From positions 39,453 through 103,452 of the IMG/VR virus record IMGVR_UViG_3300021438_000001: 64,000 bases of DNA. One strand, given 5' to 3'. Shown here in pieces: positions 53,057 to 62,077 of this stretch. The position numbers were made by a program, and so were the translations under genes. Positions within the stretch are counted from its first letter, which is position 1. Each line of letters opens with the position of its first letter. The notes under the pieces were generated by a model. That model worked only from the letters and a program-made list of their open reading frames with translations, made no database searches and had not been told where the DNA came from. This stretch comes from a virus. Its lineage: Duplodnaviria > Heunggongvirae > Uroviricota > Caudoviricetes.

Positions 53057-54598
53057 TTAGGCGGTAGCGGCGCTGAAGATTCCGTAGTCGAAGTCAGCCT
53101 CATCCGGAAGCACGTTCTCCCCGAAACCCTCGGTATCGGTGACGATCTGGCGGCGCTGCTGCGCGTGAGACTTCAGGTAGGTGTTGAAGTCGTCTTGGAA
53201 GTCGAGAATGAACGCGCAGTTCGGCCCTTTCTTCTTGGCTCGAAGACCGCGACCGATGCGCTGGCGCAGCGCAACCTCGGCCTTACCACCGCCACCCAGA
53301 ATCACCATGCCGACTGCGGGAACGTCTACACCAACGTCCAGAATGGTCGAACCGATCAGAACGTCAATTGCACCAGTGGCGAGCTGTGAGAGTGCTTGCT
53401 TGCGCTCCGCTTGGTCATTGTCACCGTCGATGAACCGCGCACGTACACCTGCTTCGAGGAGCATGTCGCGCAGAAGGTGTCCATGCGCTTTCTGCTGGAT
53501 CAGAATCATGGTCGAGAGCTTGTGGCGAGCTGCTCGGGTCGCTTCGGCAATCATGATTGCGTTGCGCTCGACGTTCTGGACGATACCCAGACGGTAGGCA
53601 GCCTGCCAGGGCGTGCCGCGCAGCAGATGCTGAGGCTTTTGCTTGAGCTTGGCGTACTTGAAGATCGGACGAGCAAGAATGCCTCGGTCGATGAGCATCT
53701 TCTCGGTCACTTTGATGCCGATTGAGCCAAACGCAGCCATCAGACGCATGTTGGACTCTTCGTTGTCCTTCATGAATGGCGTGGCGGTCAGCGCCAGGCG
53801 GTAATGAGCATTCTTGCAGTGGCGAAGAATCTCGTAGTAGCTGTTGCCGGATGCCTCGTGCGCTTCCTCACCGATCACGAACTCGAATTTGCCCAGAAGG
53901 TCGATGGTTTGCTGACGGATCGCAGCCTGCTTGTTCTGCTGCTCGATGGTGTCGTCGGGGTTGGGTTCCTGAAGACGTGAAACGAGCGTCTGAACCATGC
54001 CAACCGACATTTTCTTGATGTACTGGCGTCCGTCCGCACCCGTGAAGCCGAATTGACCGTCGCCCAGTACCGAGCAGGGGATGCCGAGATCGTTCTCGAA
54101 CGTGTCCTTCATTTGGTACATCAGAATGCCGCGAGTGGTCAAAAACAGAGTAGGGCGGTTGATTCGCATGAACGCCAGGCGCGCAATGCGTGACTTGCCA
54201 CCGCCTGTGGCGACCTGAGCAATCATGGAGCCGTGCTTGCACAGCCGGTTCACCACTTCCATCTGATAGTCGTAGCGCGGGTCTTCGGGGAATGCGTCAA
54301 CCTTGGGGTTCTCGGGGCCTGTTGGCAGCGGCAAAGGCTTGCGAACGCGATTGACCTTGTAGCCCTCTCGCGTGAGCTGCGCCGCCACGTAGTTGACGAA
54401 GCCAGCAGGGAAGGTGCCGGTGCGGAAGTCAAAGAAGGACGACCGACCGTCCCAGTTGCCTGTTTTGAACGCCCCAGTATGTTCCGCACCCTCGACTCGG
54501 TAAGAAACATACTTCTGGACGGCCAATTTTGCTTGACGTGTCGGCTCATGCAGCTTGGCTGTCGTGGCGTTGTAGGCAATCGTTACGATTTCAGTCAT
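53057..54598 (-). CDS. SF2 DEAH-box DNA helicase
   Basis: Walker A VATGGGKSRIA, DEAH box IGEEAHEA, motif III LTATPF, arginine finger QRIGRGLR; AAAGGAA RBS; track start at 54625 over-extended. Confidence 0.8.
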   Translation of the reverse strand: MTEIVTIAYNATTAKLHEPTRQAKLAVQKYVSYRVEGAEHTGAFKTGNWDGRSSFFDFRTGTFPAGFVNYVAAQLTREGYKVNRVRKPLPLPTGPENPKVDAFPEDPRYDYQMEVVNRLCKHGSMIAQVATGGGKSRIARLAFMRINRPTLFLTTRGILMYQMKDTFENDLGIPCSVLGDGQFGFTGADGRQYIKKMSVGMVQTLVSRLQEPNPDDTIEQQNKQAAIRQQTIDLLGKFEFVIGEEAHEASGNSYYEILRHCKNAHYRLALTATPFMKDNEESNMRLMAAFGSIGIKVTEKMLIDRGILARPIFKYAKLKQKPQHLLRGTPWQAAYRLGIVQNVERNAIMIAEATRAARHKLSTMILIQQKAHGHLLRDMLLEAGVRARFIDGDNDQAERKQALSQLATGAIDVLIGSTILDVGVDVPAVGMVILGGGGKAEVALRQRIGRGLRAKKKGPNCAFILDFQDDFNTYLKSHAQQRRQIVTDTEGFGENVLPDEADFDYGIFSAATA

Positions 54599-54604
54599 CA
54601 AATT

Positions 54605-54640
54605 CCTTTTGTGTAAGGCTTGCAAAGTCTTTGTATAAGG
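54605..54640 (+). promoter_or_regulatory. promoter-like CTTGCAaagtcTTTGTATAAGG motif in a divergent intergenic region
   Basis: Same composite motif as at 47492; followed by a GTCAgcaaTGAC palindrome. Confidence 0.4.
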
Positions 54641-54716
54641 ATTATAGTTCAGTCAGCAATGACTAACAAATCCATTAGGCCCGTCCGTGAGTAATTCCAA
54701 AAACATCAAGGTGGAG

Positions 54717-55346
54717 ATGATTGACCCAGGGCGGCTTTCGCCAAACCCCTGGAACACCAACATCGTTTCACCCGAAAACATGGCGAAGCTCGATGCCAGC
54801 ATCGAACGACTTGGCCTGTTCAAACCAATCGTCGTCCGAGAACTCAAAGACGGCTCTCTCGAAATCCTCGGTGGCGAACACCGATGGGAGTCGGCAAAGC
54901 GCCTGGGCCACCAGAGTGTGCCTATCGTCAACCTCGGTAGCGTCACAGACAAGCGAGCCAAAGAGATTGGCCTTGTCGATAACGGTCGCTACGGGGCCGA
55001 CGACACGCTTCAGCTTGCAGGCTTGCTCGATGACCTTGGTCTGAGTCCAGAGGAGCTGTCGAGCTTCATGCCTTATTCCGAGAGCGACTTCGCGTCGATC
55101 TTCTCAAGCGTGAATATAGAGCTGGATGACCTTGACCTCGATGACGGGGATAGCGAACCCCAACTGCCGGCAACCAAACCCACCCAGACGCATCAAATTA
55201 TGCGTTTCAAAGTCCCAGTCGAGGACGCAGGAGCCATCTCCGAGCTGATCGAGAAAACCATGAAGGAGCAACGCTTTGTCGATGAAGATTCACTTTCTAA
55301 TGCCGGCAATGCCCTTGTTTTCCTCATCGGAGCCACAGGAAAGTGA
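54717..55346 (+). CDS. ParB-like nuclease domain protein (paralog 1)
   Basis: ParB N-terminal domain pattern: LEILGGEHRWESAKRLG ... VPIV; GGTGGAG RBS. Confidence 0.55.
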   Translation: MIDPGRLSPNPWNTNIVSPENMAKLDASIERLGLFKPIVVRELKDGSLEILGGEHRWESAKRLGHQSVPIVNLGSVTDKRAKEIGLVDNGRYGADDTLQLAGLLDDLGLSPEELSSFMPYSESDFASIFSSVNIELDDLDLDDGDSEPQLPATKPTQTHQIMRFKVPVEDAGAISELIEKTMKEQRFVDEDSLSNAGNALVFLIGATGK

Positions 55347-55353
55347 GTCGGAT

Positions 55354-55542
55354 GTGACCAAGTGTGCCTACCGCTACCCAGAGTGCGAAACGTGCGTCAA
55401 CCACGTCTACGACCCCGATATGTGTGATGAGTGCGAAGACGCCGACTGCTATGAGGAAGGCGACACGGAAGAGGACTTCTTCGACCGCCCAGAGGACATG
55501 ACTATTCAAGAATTTAAGGACTTCCTCAACGGAAGCTCCTGA
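55354..55542 (+). CDS. Cys-rich acidic small protein
   Basis: GTG start; YRYPECETCVNHVYDPDMCDECEDADC. Confidence 0.25.
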   Translation: MTKCAYRYPECETCVNHVYDPDMCDECEDADCYEEGDTEEDFFDRPEDMTIQEFKDFLNGSS

Positions 55543-55556
55543 AGCGAGGAGATGTA

Positions 55557-56213
55557 ATGAGCAAGACAACCCTGCCAGGCCAAATCACGGTCTGGGACAT
55601 TGAGAAAATCAAACCCTATGACCTGAACGTCAAGAACCACGACGCCAGCCAAGTCGAACGCATCGCCAAGTCGATTCAAGAGTTTGGTTGGGACCAGCCT
55701 ATCGTCGTTGACAAGGACGGCGTGATCATCAAGGGTCATGGTCGCCGCCTGGCTTCTATCAAGCTCGGTCTGAAGCAAGTGCCGGTCTGGGTGCGTGACG
55801 ATCTCACCCCAGAGCAGGTTCGCGCCTCGCGCCTGGCAGACAATCGCGTTGCGATCTCTGACATCGACAGCGCCATGCTCCAGAAAGAGCTGGAATCGCT
55901 CAATTTCGACCTCGAAGGCATCTTCGACAAAAAGGAGCTGAACTTCCTCGAAGCGGACCTCGGCTCTGTTAATACCGACGCCTTCGTTGACGACATCGAG
56001 GTGGAGGTGGCTCGCCAGGCTGAGGACAGCACACGCACGGTCGAGAAGGTCGATTCCCGTGATGTGAAGATCGACAAGGCACTGGGCTTCAAGAGCATCC
56101 AGGGCAAAGACGAACGTCACGTCGCTGCGTTCATGGCGCAGGTTGAGAGTGAGACAGGCAAGGAGGGCGCTGAGGCGTTCGTTACCTTTGTCAAAACGCT
56201 GTTGGAGGGCTAA
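55557..56213 (+). CDS. ParB-like nuclease domain protein (paralog 2)
   Basis: VIIKGHGRRLASIKLGLKQVPVWV; GAGGAG RBS. Confidence 0.55.
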   Translation: MSKTTLPGQITVWDIEKIKPYDLNVKNHDASQVERIAKSIQEFGWDQPIVVDKDGVIIKGHGRRLASIKLGLKQVPVWVRDDLTPEQVRASRLADNRVAISDIDSAMLQKELESLNFDLEGIFDKKELNFLEADLGSVNTDAFVDDIEVEVARQAEDSTRTVEKVDSRDVKIDKALGFKSIQGKDERHVAAFMAQVESETGKEGAEAFVTFVKTLLEG

Positions 56214-56216
56214 GTC

Positions 56217-56585
56217 ATGAGTGAGGTATATCTCGGCTTGCCCCGCAAAGTGAAGATCGGTCAGTACACCTTCCGCATCTTCATCACCACCCCCGACAAG
56301 CACGAAATTCTTGAAGGCTGTGACGGCATCACGGACTTCGAGACGTTCCGCATCTATCTCCACGAAACGCTTGCGCGACAGCGCGCCATCAACGTGGTGC
56401 AGCACGAGATCACCCACGCGATCAACTGGGTCTATGGGATTGACGACGGCGCTCAGGAAGAGGCCATCACCACCCAACACACCAACGGACTCATCGAAAT
56501 GTGGATTAGCAATCCGAAAGTATTCAACTGGTTCGCCAAGACATTGCGCTCGATGAAGCGCGAGGCGAAGAAAGACGACGAATGA
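56217..56585 (+). CDS. HExxH-motif mini-protein (putative zinc metallopeptidase-like)
   Basis: VVQHEITHAINW; 122 aa. Confidence 0.4.
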   Translation: MSEVYLGLPRKVKIGQYTFRIFITTPDKHEILEGCDGITDFETFRIYLHETLARQRAINVVQHEITHAINWVYGIDDGAQEEAITTQHTNGLIEMWISNPKVFNWFAKTLRSMKREAKKDDE

Positions 56586-57244
56586 GTTCCTACACCCTCG
56601 ACAAACGCTTCACTTCCGCAGTGGAGCGCACCGACCGAGTTCTGGAGATCGCTGAGGCGTTCGGTCTGGGCTTGGACGATAAAGAGTTCGTGATCTTCGA
56701 CCAGCAAGAAATCGTGGTGGAGCAAGGCGATGTGGTCTACATCACCGGCCAATCCGGTTCAGGCAAATCGCTGGCTCTGCGCGAGCTGAAGAAGCAGATG
56801 TCCGAAAAACATATACAAGTTTCGGACATTGATGAGGTTCCGCTCGACAACACGAAGCCACTGATCGACCAGATCGGCAAGAACACGACGGAGGCGCTGA
56901 CGCTGCTTTCCATCGCCGGCTTGAACGACGCCTACCTGTTCGTTCGCAAGCCAAACGAGTTGTCTGACGGTCAACGCTACCGCTTCCGTCTTGCCAAGAT
57001 CATCGAGTCTGGCGCGAAGGTATGGGTCGCTGACGAGTTCCTCGCAGTGCTGGATCGCGTCACTGCCAAGGTGATCGCGTTCAACCTGCAAAAGATCGCC
57101 CGCAAGATGGGCGCAACCCTCATGGTTGCCACAACTCACACCGACATGGTGGAAGACCTGGCGCCGAACCTCTACATCGAAAAACGCTATCGGGAAAAGA
57201 TCAAGATCGTTCGCTCTCCTGATGGATACAAGGAGAAAGAATGA
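56582..57244 (+). CDS. small ABC-type ATPase
   Basis: Walker A GQSGSGKS, ABC signature LSDGQRYR, Walker B VWVADEF, H-loop ATTH. Confidence 0.6.
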   Translation: MSSYTLDKRFTSAVERTDRVLEIAEAFGLGLDDKEFVIFDQQEIVVEQGDVVYITGQSGSGKSLALRELKKQMSEKHIQVSDIDEVPLDNTKPLIDQIGKNTTEALTLLSIAGLNDAYLFVRKPNELSDGQRYRFRLAKIIESGAKVWVADEFLAVLDRVTAKVIAFNLQKIARKMGATLMVATTHTDMVEDLAPNLYIEKRYREKIKIVRSPDGYKEKE

Positions 57245-57552
57245 CCGACCAAGAAACCTTCGAACAAGCAATTCTCAAGTCTTGGGCTGAGGAGAGCGGC
57301 GCCAAGTCGTTCGTGCTGTTCAGCTCGCCGACATGCGGCCCTTGCAAGGGCGTCAAGCTGACCCTGGAGAAGCTCGAAGCTGAACTCGGCGTGCAAGTGT
57401 CCTATGTGAACGTGTTCCACGCTCAGGCGGCTGCGCAATCCAATGGCATCCGTGCTGTTCCGACCCTCATCAAGTTCGAAAAGAGTGTGGCAACTGCTCG
57501 GATCGTCGGTGCGGAGTCTGAAACAAAGATGCGCGAGTTCCTGAATGCCTGA
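57241..57552 (+). CDS. thioredoxin
   Basis: CGPC active site (SPTCGPCKG). Confidence 0.75.
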   Translation: MTDQETFEQAILKSWAEESGAKSFVLFSSPTCGPCKGVKLTLEKLEAELGVQVSYVNVFHAQAAAQSNGIRAVPTLIKFEKSVATARIVGAESETKMREFLNA

Positions 57553-57826
57553 CATGAGCGTTGCCGACTTCCTGCTGGTCTTCCTCGGTAACTTCACCGT
57601 GGTGTTCCTGCTTGGCATCCAGTCGCGCAATGTGCAGCACGGCCGTTACCTTGCGGCCGTCCTGACATCGGCCGGCATCAACATCTCCAACTTCATCTTC
57701 GTCAAGTACGCCAGCAACGGCGCACTGGCGGTTCTTGGCGTCTCGACGCTTGGTGGCTGCATGGGCATTGCCACCGCAATCTGGTTCTACAAACACATCA
57801 TCGAAAGGAAGAGCAATGGCAACTAA
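57545..57826 (+). CDS. membrane protein (3 TM; holin-like size)
   Basis: Hydrophobic 93-aa product. Confidence 0.4.
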   Translation: MPDMSVADFLLVFLGNFTVVFLLGIQSRNVQHGRYLAAVLTSAGINISNFIFVKYASNGALAVLGVSTLGGCMGIATAIWFYKHIIERKSNGN

Positions 57827-57959
57827 GAAGCCTCTTGGCCCCAACCCGAAGGAAGTGACTGAGAAGGTCAGCAAGACCAACGGCCACACCGACATCTCCA
57901 AGAAAGCCGATCTGCGTGACTCTGGCAAGACGCCAGCAACGAAGAAGGCCAAGAAGTAA
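57816..57959 (+). CDS. small basic protein (47 aa)
   Basis: GAAAGGAAG RBS; Lys-rich. Confidence 0.3.
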   Translation: MATKKPLGPNPKEVTEKVSKTNGHTDISKKADLRDSGKTPATKKAKK

Positions 57960-58318
57960 TGAGCGGCTCTGGCTGGATCGGTGTCGATCTCGACGGCACC
58001 CTGGCGCGCTACGACGGCTGGAAGAGCGAAACGCACATCGGAGAGCCGGTGCGTGAAATGGTTTCGCACGTCCAACAATGGCTGTCTGAGGGGCGCACGG
58101 TCAAGGTCTTCACGGCTCGCGTGTACGAAGGCGCTCGCAATCTTGATGGATCGCTGCGCGACATCTCTCACGTTCGCAAGGCCATCGAAGATTGGTGCGA
58201 GCAGCACATCGGACAGCGCATGGAGGTCACGAACGTCAAAGACTACGGAATGATTGCCCTGTACGACGACCGCGCCTTTCACGTCCGTCCCAACACCGGA
58301 GAGATCGTGCATGGTTGA
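57959..58318 (+). CDS. HAD-superfamily-like small phosphatase
   Basis: Motif I IGVDLDGTLA; ATGA-coupled. Confidence 0.45.
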   Translation: MSGSGWIGVDLDGTLARYDGWKSETHIGEPVREMVSHVQQWLSEGRTVKVFTARVYEGARNLDGSLRDISHVRKAIEDWCEQHIGQRMEVTNVKDYGMIALYDDRAFHVRPNTGEIVHG

Positions 58319-59234
58319 AACCAACAACGCCGACATTCTGATCGAGCGCCGGCAGCCGCCGGCTAACCATGCTCTGTCGCTGCTGGACGAGTGCTACGTC
58401 GAGCGTGGCGACATTGACGATTGGAACCTGCTGCACGAGCTGCATTACAAAGCAGAGAGCCTGGGCATCGGCCCTCGCATCTACCGCTGTGTGCTGCGCG
58501 GACAGACCATCGGCGTTGGCGTCATGACAGTGCCCAAAATTCTGCTTTCCGGCCGCAATGAGGTTTTCGAACACCTCAAGCCCAACACGGGAGGCATGGA
58601 CAGCCGACTGATTAACCGTCATCGAGCAATGTGGATCAACGATCACGCCTGCACGAACAGTCGGCTGGTCTTGGACACCATGTATCGCGGTGCCGGCATT
58701 GCCTACCGCATGCAGAACCTCATGATGCGAATGACAGGCTGCCAAGTCGTTGAGTTCCAGTCATCCATGTCCAAGTTCAACCCCTTCGCGGGCAAGGCAG
58801 GTATTCGGTTCACCAAACCGCGCCGCTCTGCCAAGTTCGAGAAGGGTGTCGAGTTCTTCCGTCGCTGGTTCGAATCGAACCCTTCGGATTACGTCGGCAT
58901 CATGAAAGAGATTGAGGACATGCCCAAGGCGGTGCGCGAGAAGTGCGTCGCCGAAATGCGAAAGTTCTACTACGCATCGTCCGCGCTGGAAAAGACAGGC
59001 AACGCCCGTATGCGCGGCGTTGAACGGTCGGAGACGATGGAGGTTGGACACCTTCTGAAATCGCTCCAGCAGTTGACGTTGGCTAGTCCGCTGTACGGGG
59101 TTTATCTGAACCCCGATGCAAGCCCTGAAAAAGCCAAGTCGATGCTCCCACCTCGACTGCCCCTGTTGGCATTCGATTATCAGCCTACGGACGCGCCGCT
59201 CGACCTGTCGAAGCTGCCGCAACAGTACCGCTGA
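58311..59234 (+). CDS. hypothetical protein (possible GNAT-like fold)
   Basis: 307 aa; ATG overlaps the previous stop; RGQTIGVGV segment. Confidence 0.45.
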   Translation: MVETNNADILIERRQPPANHALSLLDECYVERGDIDDWNLLHELHYKAESLGIGPRIYRCVLRGQTIGVGVMTVPKILLSGRNEVFEHLKPNTGGMDSRLINRHRAMWINDHACTNSRLVLDTMYRGAGIAYRMQNLMMRMTGCQVVEFQSSMSKFNPFAGKAGIRFTKPRRSAKFEKGVEFFRRWFESNPSDYVGIMKEIEDMPKAVREKCVAEMRKFYYASSALEKTGNARMRGVERSETMEVGHLLKSLQQLTLASPLYGVYLNPDASPEKAKSMLPPRLPLLAFDYQPTDAPLDLSKLPQQYR

Positions 59235-59252
59235 CACGCAAAGGTTGAAGCC

Positions 59253-59585
59253 ATGCACCTTACATACAAACAAATTGAACTTCTGAAGGTGGTGAACGCC
59301 GGCAACCCCGACGGCACCCCAACCGATCTGGACGAACTGATCGAGCGCGTTTCGTACAAGCCGACCAAGCAGTCCATCCAATTCTCCATCCGAGCTTTGA
59401 TTGCTCACGGCTTGATTGAGAAGGGAACCACTGAGAAACGACGGGGCCGAATGCGGGCGATCATCAAGATCACACCTGCCGGCGCCACCATGATGGGCGA
59501 AACAACTTCATCGGGGCCGAGCTTCGTCACCAGCGTGGAAGAAGATGAGACTTTTCAAGAGCTTGAAGAGTTTCTGGAGCCGTGA
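59253..59585 (+). CDS. winged-helix DNA-binding protein
   Basis: QSIQFSIRALIAHGLIEKG...RGRMRAIIKITPAG. Confidence 0.4.
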   Translation: MHLTYKQIELLKVVNAGNPDGTPTDLDELIERVSYKPTKQSIQFSIRALIAHGLIEKGTTEKRRGRMRAIIKITPAGATMMGETTSSGPSFVTSVEEDETFQELEEFLEP

Positions 59586-59649
59586 CGTTGCTTTCGGGAC
59601 CGTCACGGGGAAAACGACTCCCACGTTAATATAGATAGATAAATAAAGA

Positions 59650-60027
59650 ATGAATCAATGTAATGATGTAAATGTCGCGGGACAAAAATTCCCCCAGAAC
59701 GGGGAAGACCTCGACACGCGCATCGCTCGGCTCCTGGGGCTGCGGGCGGAAGTGCAGGACGAGATCATGAAGGTCTGGCCCTGGGACGTGGCGCCTGACG
59801 AGTCCAATTGGTCTGTCGGTACTCGATATACCAAGGAACCAGCAAAGACGGCTGAACTGCTCGCAGAACGCGGCATTCAGCACTTCATTCGCAACAAGGG
59901 TCCGGTGGTCTTCTGCGTCTTCGGCGCAGGAGGGTGGCTGGACGAGACTCCGCTATTCGAGAACGAAGATGACGCGCTCGCCGCAGCTCTTTGGATGGTT
60001 CTCGTAAATAAGTCACGAATGACTTGA
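59650..60027 (+). CDS. hypothetical protein
   Basis: AT-rich leader; 125 aa. Confidence 0.4.
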   Translation: MNQCNDVNVAGQKFPQNGEDLDTRIARLLGLRAEVQDEIMKVWPWDVAPDESNWSVGTRYTKEPAKTAELLAERGIQHFIRNKGPVVFCVFGAGGWLDETPLFENEDDALAAALWMVLVNKSRMT

Positions 60028-60124
60028 ATATGCGAAGTCTTTCCACTACACTTGGCGCCAATCGAGCTTTCTCCTCGGGGCGTCTTCTCCAACGCCCTTT
60101 TTTTTCGACCGCGAAAGGCTCGAA

Positions 60125-60787
60125 ATGACAGAAGAAGTAATCAAAAAGAAAAAGCCGAAGCCTCGTAAGAACTCGCCCCGCATGTCTGCTCGCAAGTGGG
60201 CGGAAGCCGAAGCTCTGTGGGAGGCCGGCGAGATCACAGTTAATGAATTGGCGACCAAGTTCGGTTTGAGTCGCCAGGCGTTTCAACGCCACTTCAAAGC
60301 CCACGGTGTCGTGTTCGGCTCTAAGAAGGTCGAGCTGAAGAAAGCCGTTTCTGAAGGCGTGACGAAAGCAGTTCAAGAGGACGCACAAATCCTCGCAGCT
60401 CGCATTAAAGAGACGAAGGAAGAGCATTACAAGATGGCTTCCGGTCTGGCGAAGCTGACTTGGGCGGAGATTCTCAAAGCGAAGCAAGACAGCGTGCCTG
60501 TGGGCACCGCGATCATGAACCTGAAGGCGCTGGACACAGCGGCATCGGTTCTGAAGAAGACACGCGAGGAGCGTTACGCAGTCCTGGGTCTGGACAAAGA
60601 CGCAGTGGACGAAAACGACGTGCCGGAACTGGTGATCTCGGAACTGACCGCAGATCAGATCGAGGCATTGCGCAACCGCAGCTTCCAAGAGATTGACGAG
60701 ATCGACGTTGAAGTCGATGAAGACACCAGCAACAGCCTGGCCGACCCAGATGAGGACGGCGAAGACGATGTTGTCGAGGAGAAGTAA
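60125..60787 (+). CDS. terminase small subunit (HTH DNA-binding, acidic C-tail)
   Basis: Basic N-terminus, HTH ITVNELATKFGLSRQAFQRH; directly upstream of and ATGG-coupled to the large terminase. Confidence 0.5.
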   Translation: MTEEVIKKKKPKPRKNSPRMSARKWAEAEALWEAGEITVNELATKFGLSRQAFQRHFKAHGVVFGSKKVELKKAVSEGVTKAVQEDAQILAARIKETKEEHYKMASGLAKLTWAEILKAKQDSVPVGTAIMNLKALDTAASVLKKTREERYAVLGLDKDAVDENDVPELVISELTADQIEALRNRSFQEIDEIDVEVDEDTSNSLADPDEDGEDDVVEEK

Positions 60788-62034
60788 TGGCTCGACAGCG
60801 CGTCAATCTCTCACTTCACACCAAGCAGATGGAGGTCTTTCGCTCCACCTGCCGCTATCGCGTCGTTGTCGCGGGGCGTCGTTGGGGTAAGACCGCGCTG
60901 TCTCGCGTTCTGATCATCAAGAAGGCACAGAAAGCCAAGCAAAAAATCTGGTACGTGGCACCCACGTACAAGATGGCAAAGCAAATTATGTGGGTTGACC
61001 TGATGGATGCGATTCCGCGCAAGTGGATTCGCAAGGTCAACGAAACCAGCCTGACGATCACGCTGATCAACGGCACTCGCATCGAGCTGAAGGGCGCCGA
61101 CAAGCCGGACTCGCTTCGTGGCGTGGGTATCCACTTCCTTGTGCTGGACGAGTTTCAGGACATGGCGGAAGAGGTCTGGACGCTGGTTCTGCGACCCACT
61201 CTTGCTGACACAGGCGGCCATGCGATCTTCATCGGCACCCCAAAGGCGTACAACTACCTCTACGAGCTTTACAAGAAGGGCCAGAACAAGCGCCTGACGG
61301 CGACAAAGCAGTGGGAGAGCTGGCAGTTCCCCACGATCACTTCGCCGTTCATCCCGCTCGATGAGATTGAGGCGGCTCGGTCCGACATGGACGAGAAGAG
61401 CTTCCGACAAGAATTCGAAGCCAGCTTCGAAACCATGTCTGGGCGCGTCTACTACCCGTTCGACCGCAAGACCCACATCGGCAAGTACGAGTTCAATCCA
61501 AAGCTGCCCATCTGGGTGGGTATGGACTTCAACATCGACCCGATGTCCACGGTGATCTACCAACCGCAGCCCAGTGGCGAGCTGTGGGCGGTGGATGAGA
61601 TTGTGCTATTCGGCTCAAACACGGAAGAGGTCTGCGAGGAGCTGGAGAAGCGGTACTGGCGCCACCAGGCGCAGATCACCGTCTACCCTGACCCTGCCGG
61701 CGGACAGCGCCAGCACGCTCGTGGTGAAACCGACATGGACATTCTTCGAGAGAAGGGGTTCAAACGCATCAAGTACCGTCGCAAGCACCCGATGGTGGCT
61801 GATCGCGTCAACGCAGTGAATCGAATGCTGCGCGATGCCAACGGCAAAGTGCGCTTGAAGATTGACGAAAAGTGCAAGCACTTCATCAACGCGATGGAAC
61901 AAACCATCTACAAGAAGGGAACCCGAGAGGTCGATAAATCGGCCGGCGTGGAACACTCGGCTGACGCGGGTGGCTACTGCATCGAGCTGGAATTCCCAGT
62001 CCGCAAGATCGAGGTTGGTGGCATCTCGATTTAA
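60787..62034 (+). CDS. terminase large subunit
   Basis: Walker A VVVAGRRWGKT; Walker B/adjacent LVLDEFQD; C-terminal RNase-H-like nuclease region (VYPDPAGGQ). Confidence 0.85.
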   Translation: MARQRVNLSLHTKQMEVFRSTCRYRVVVAGRRWGKTALSRVLIIKKAQKAKQKIWYVAPTYKMAKQIMWVDLMDAIPRKWIRKVNETSLTITLINGTRIELKGADKPDSLRGVGIHFLVLDEFQDMAEEVWTLVLRPTLADTGGHAIFIGTPKAYNYLYELYKKGQNKRLTATKQWESWQFPTITSPFIPLDEIEAARSDMDEKSFRQEFEASFETMSGRVYYPFDRKTHIGKYEFNPKLPIWVGMDFNIDPMSTVIYQPQPSGELWAVDEIVLFGSNTEEVCEELEKRYWRHQAQITVYPDPAGGQRQHARGETDMDILREKGFKRIKYRRKHPMVADRVNAVNRMLRDANGKVRLKIDEKCKHFINAMEQTIYKKGTREVDKSAGVEHSADAGGYCIELEFPVRKIEVGGISI

Positions 62035-62077
62035 TCCTTGACATCAGTCACCAGTGACGTATAAGATAGGCGCCCAA

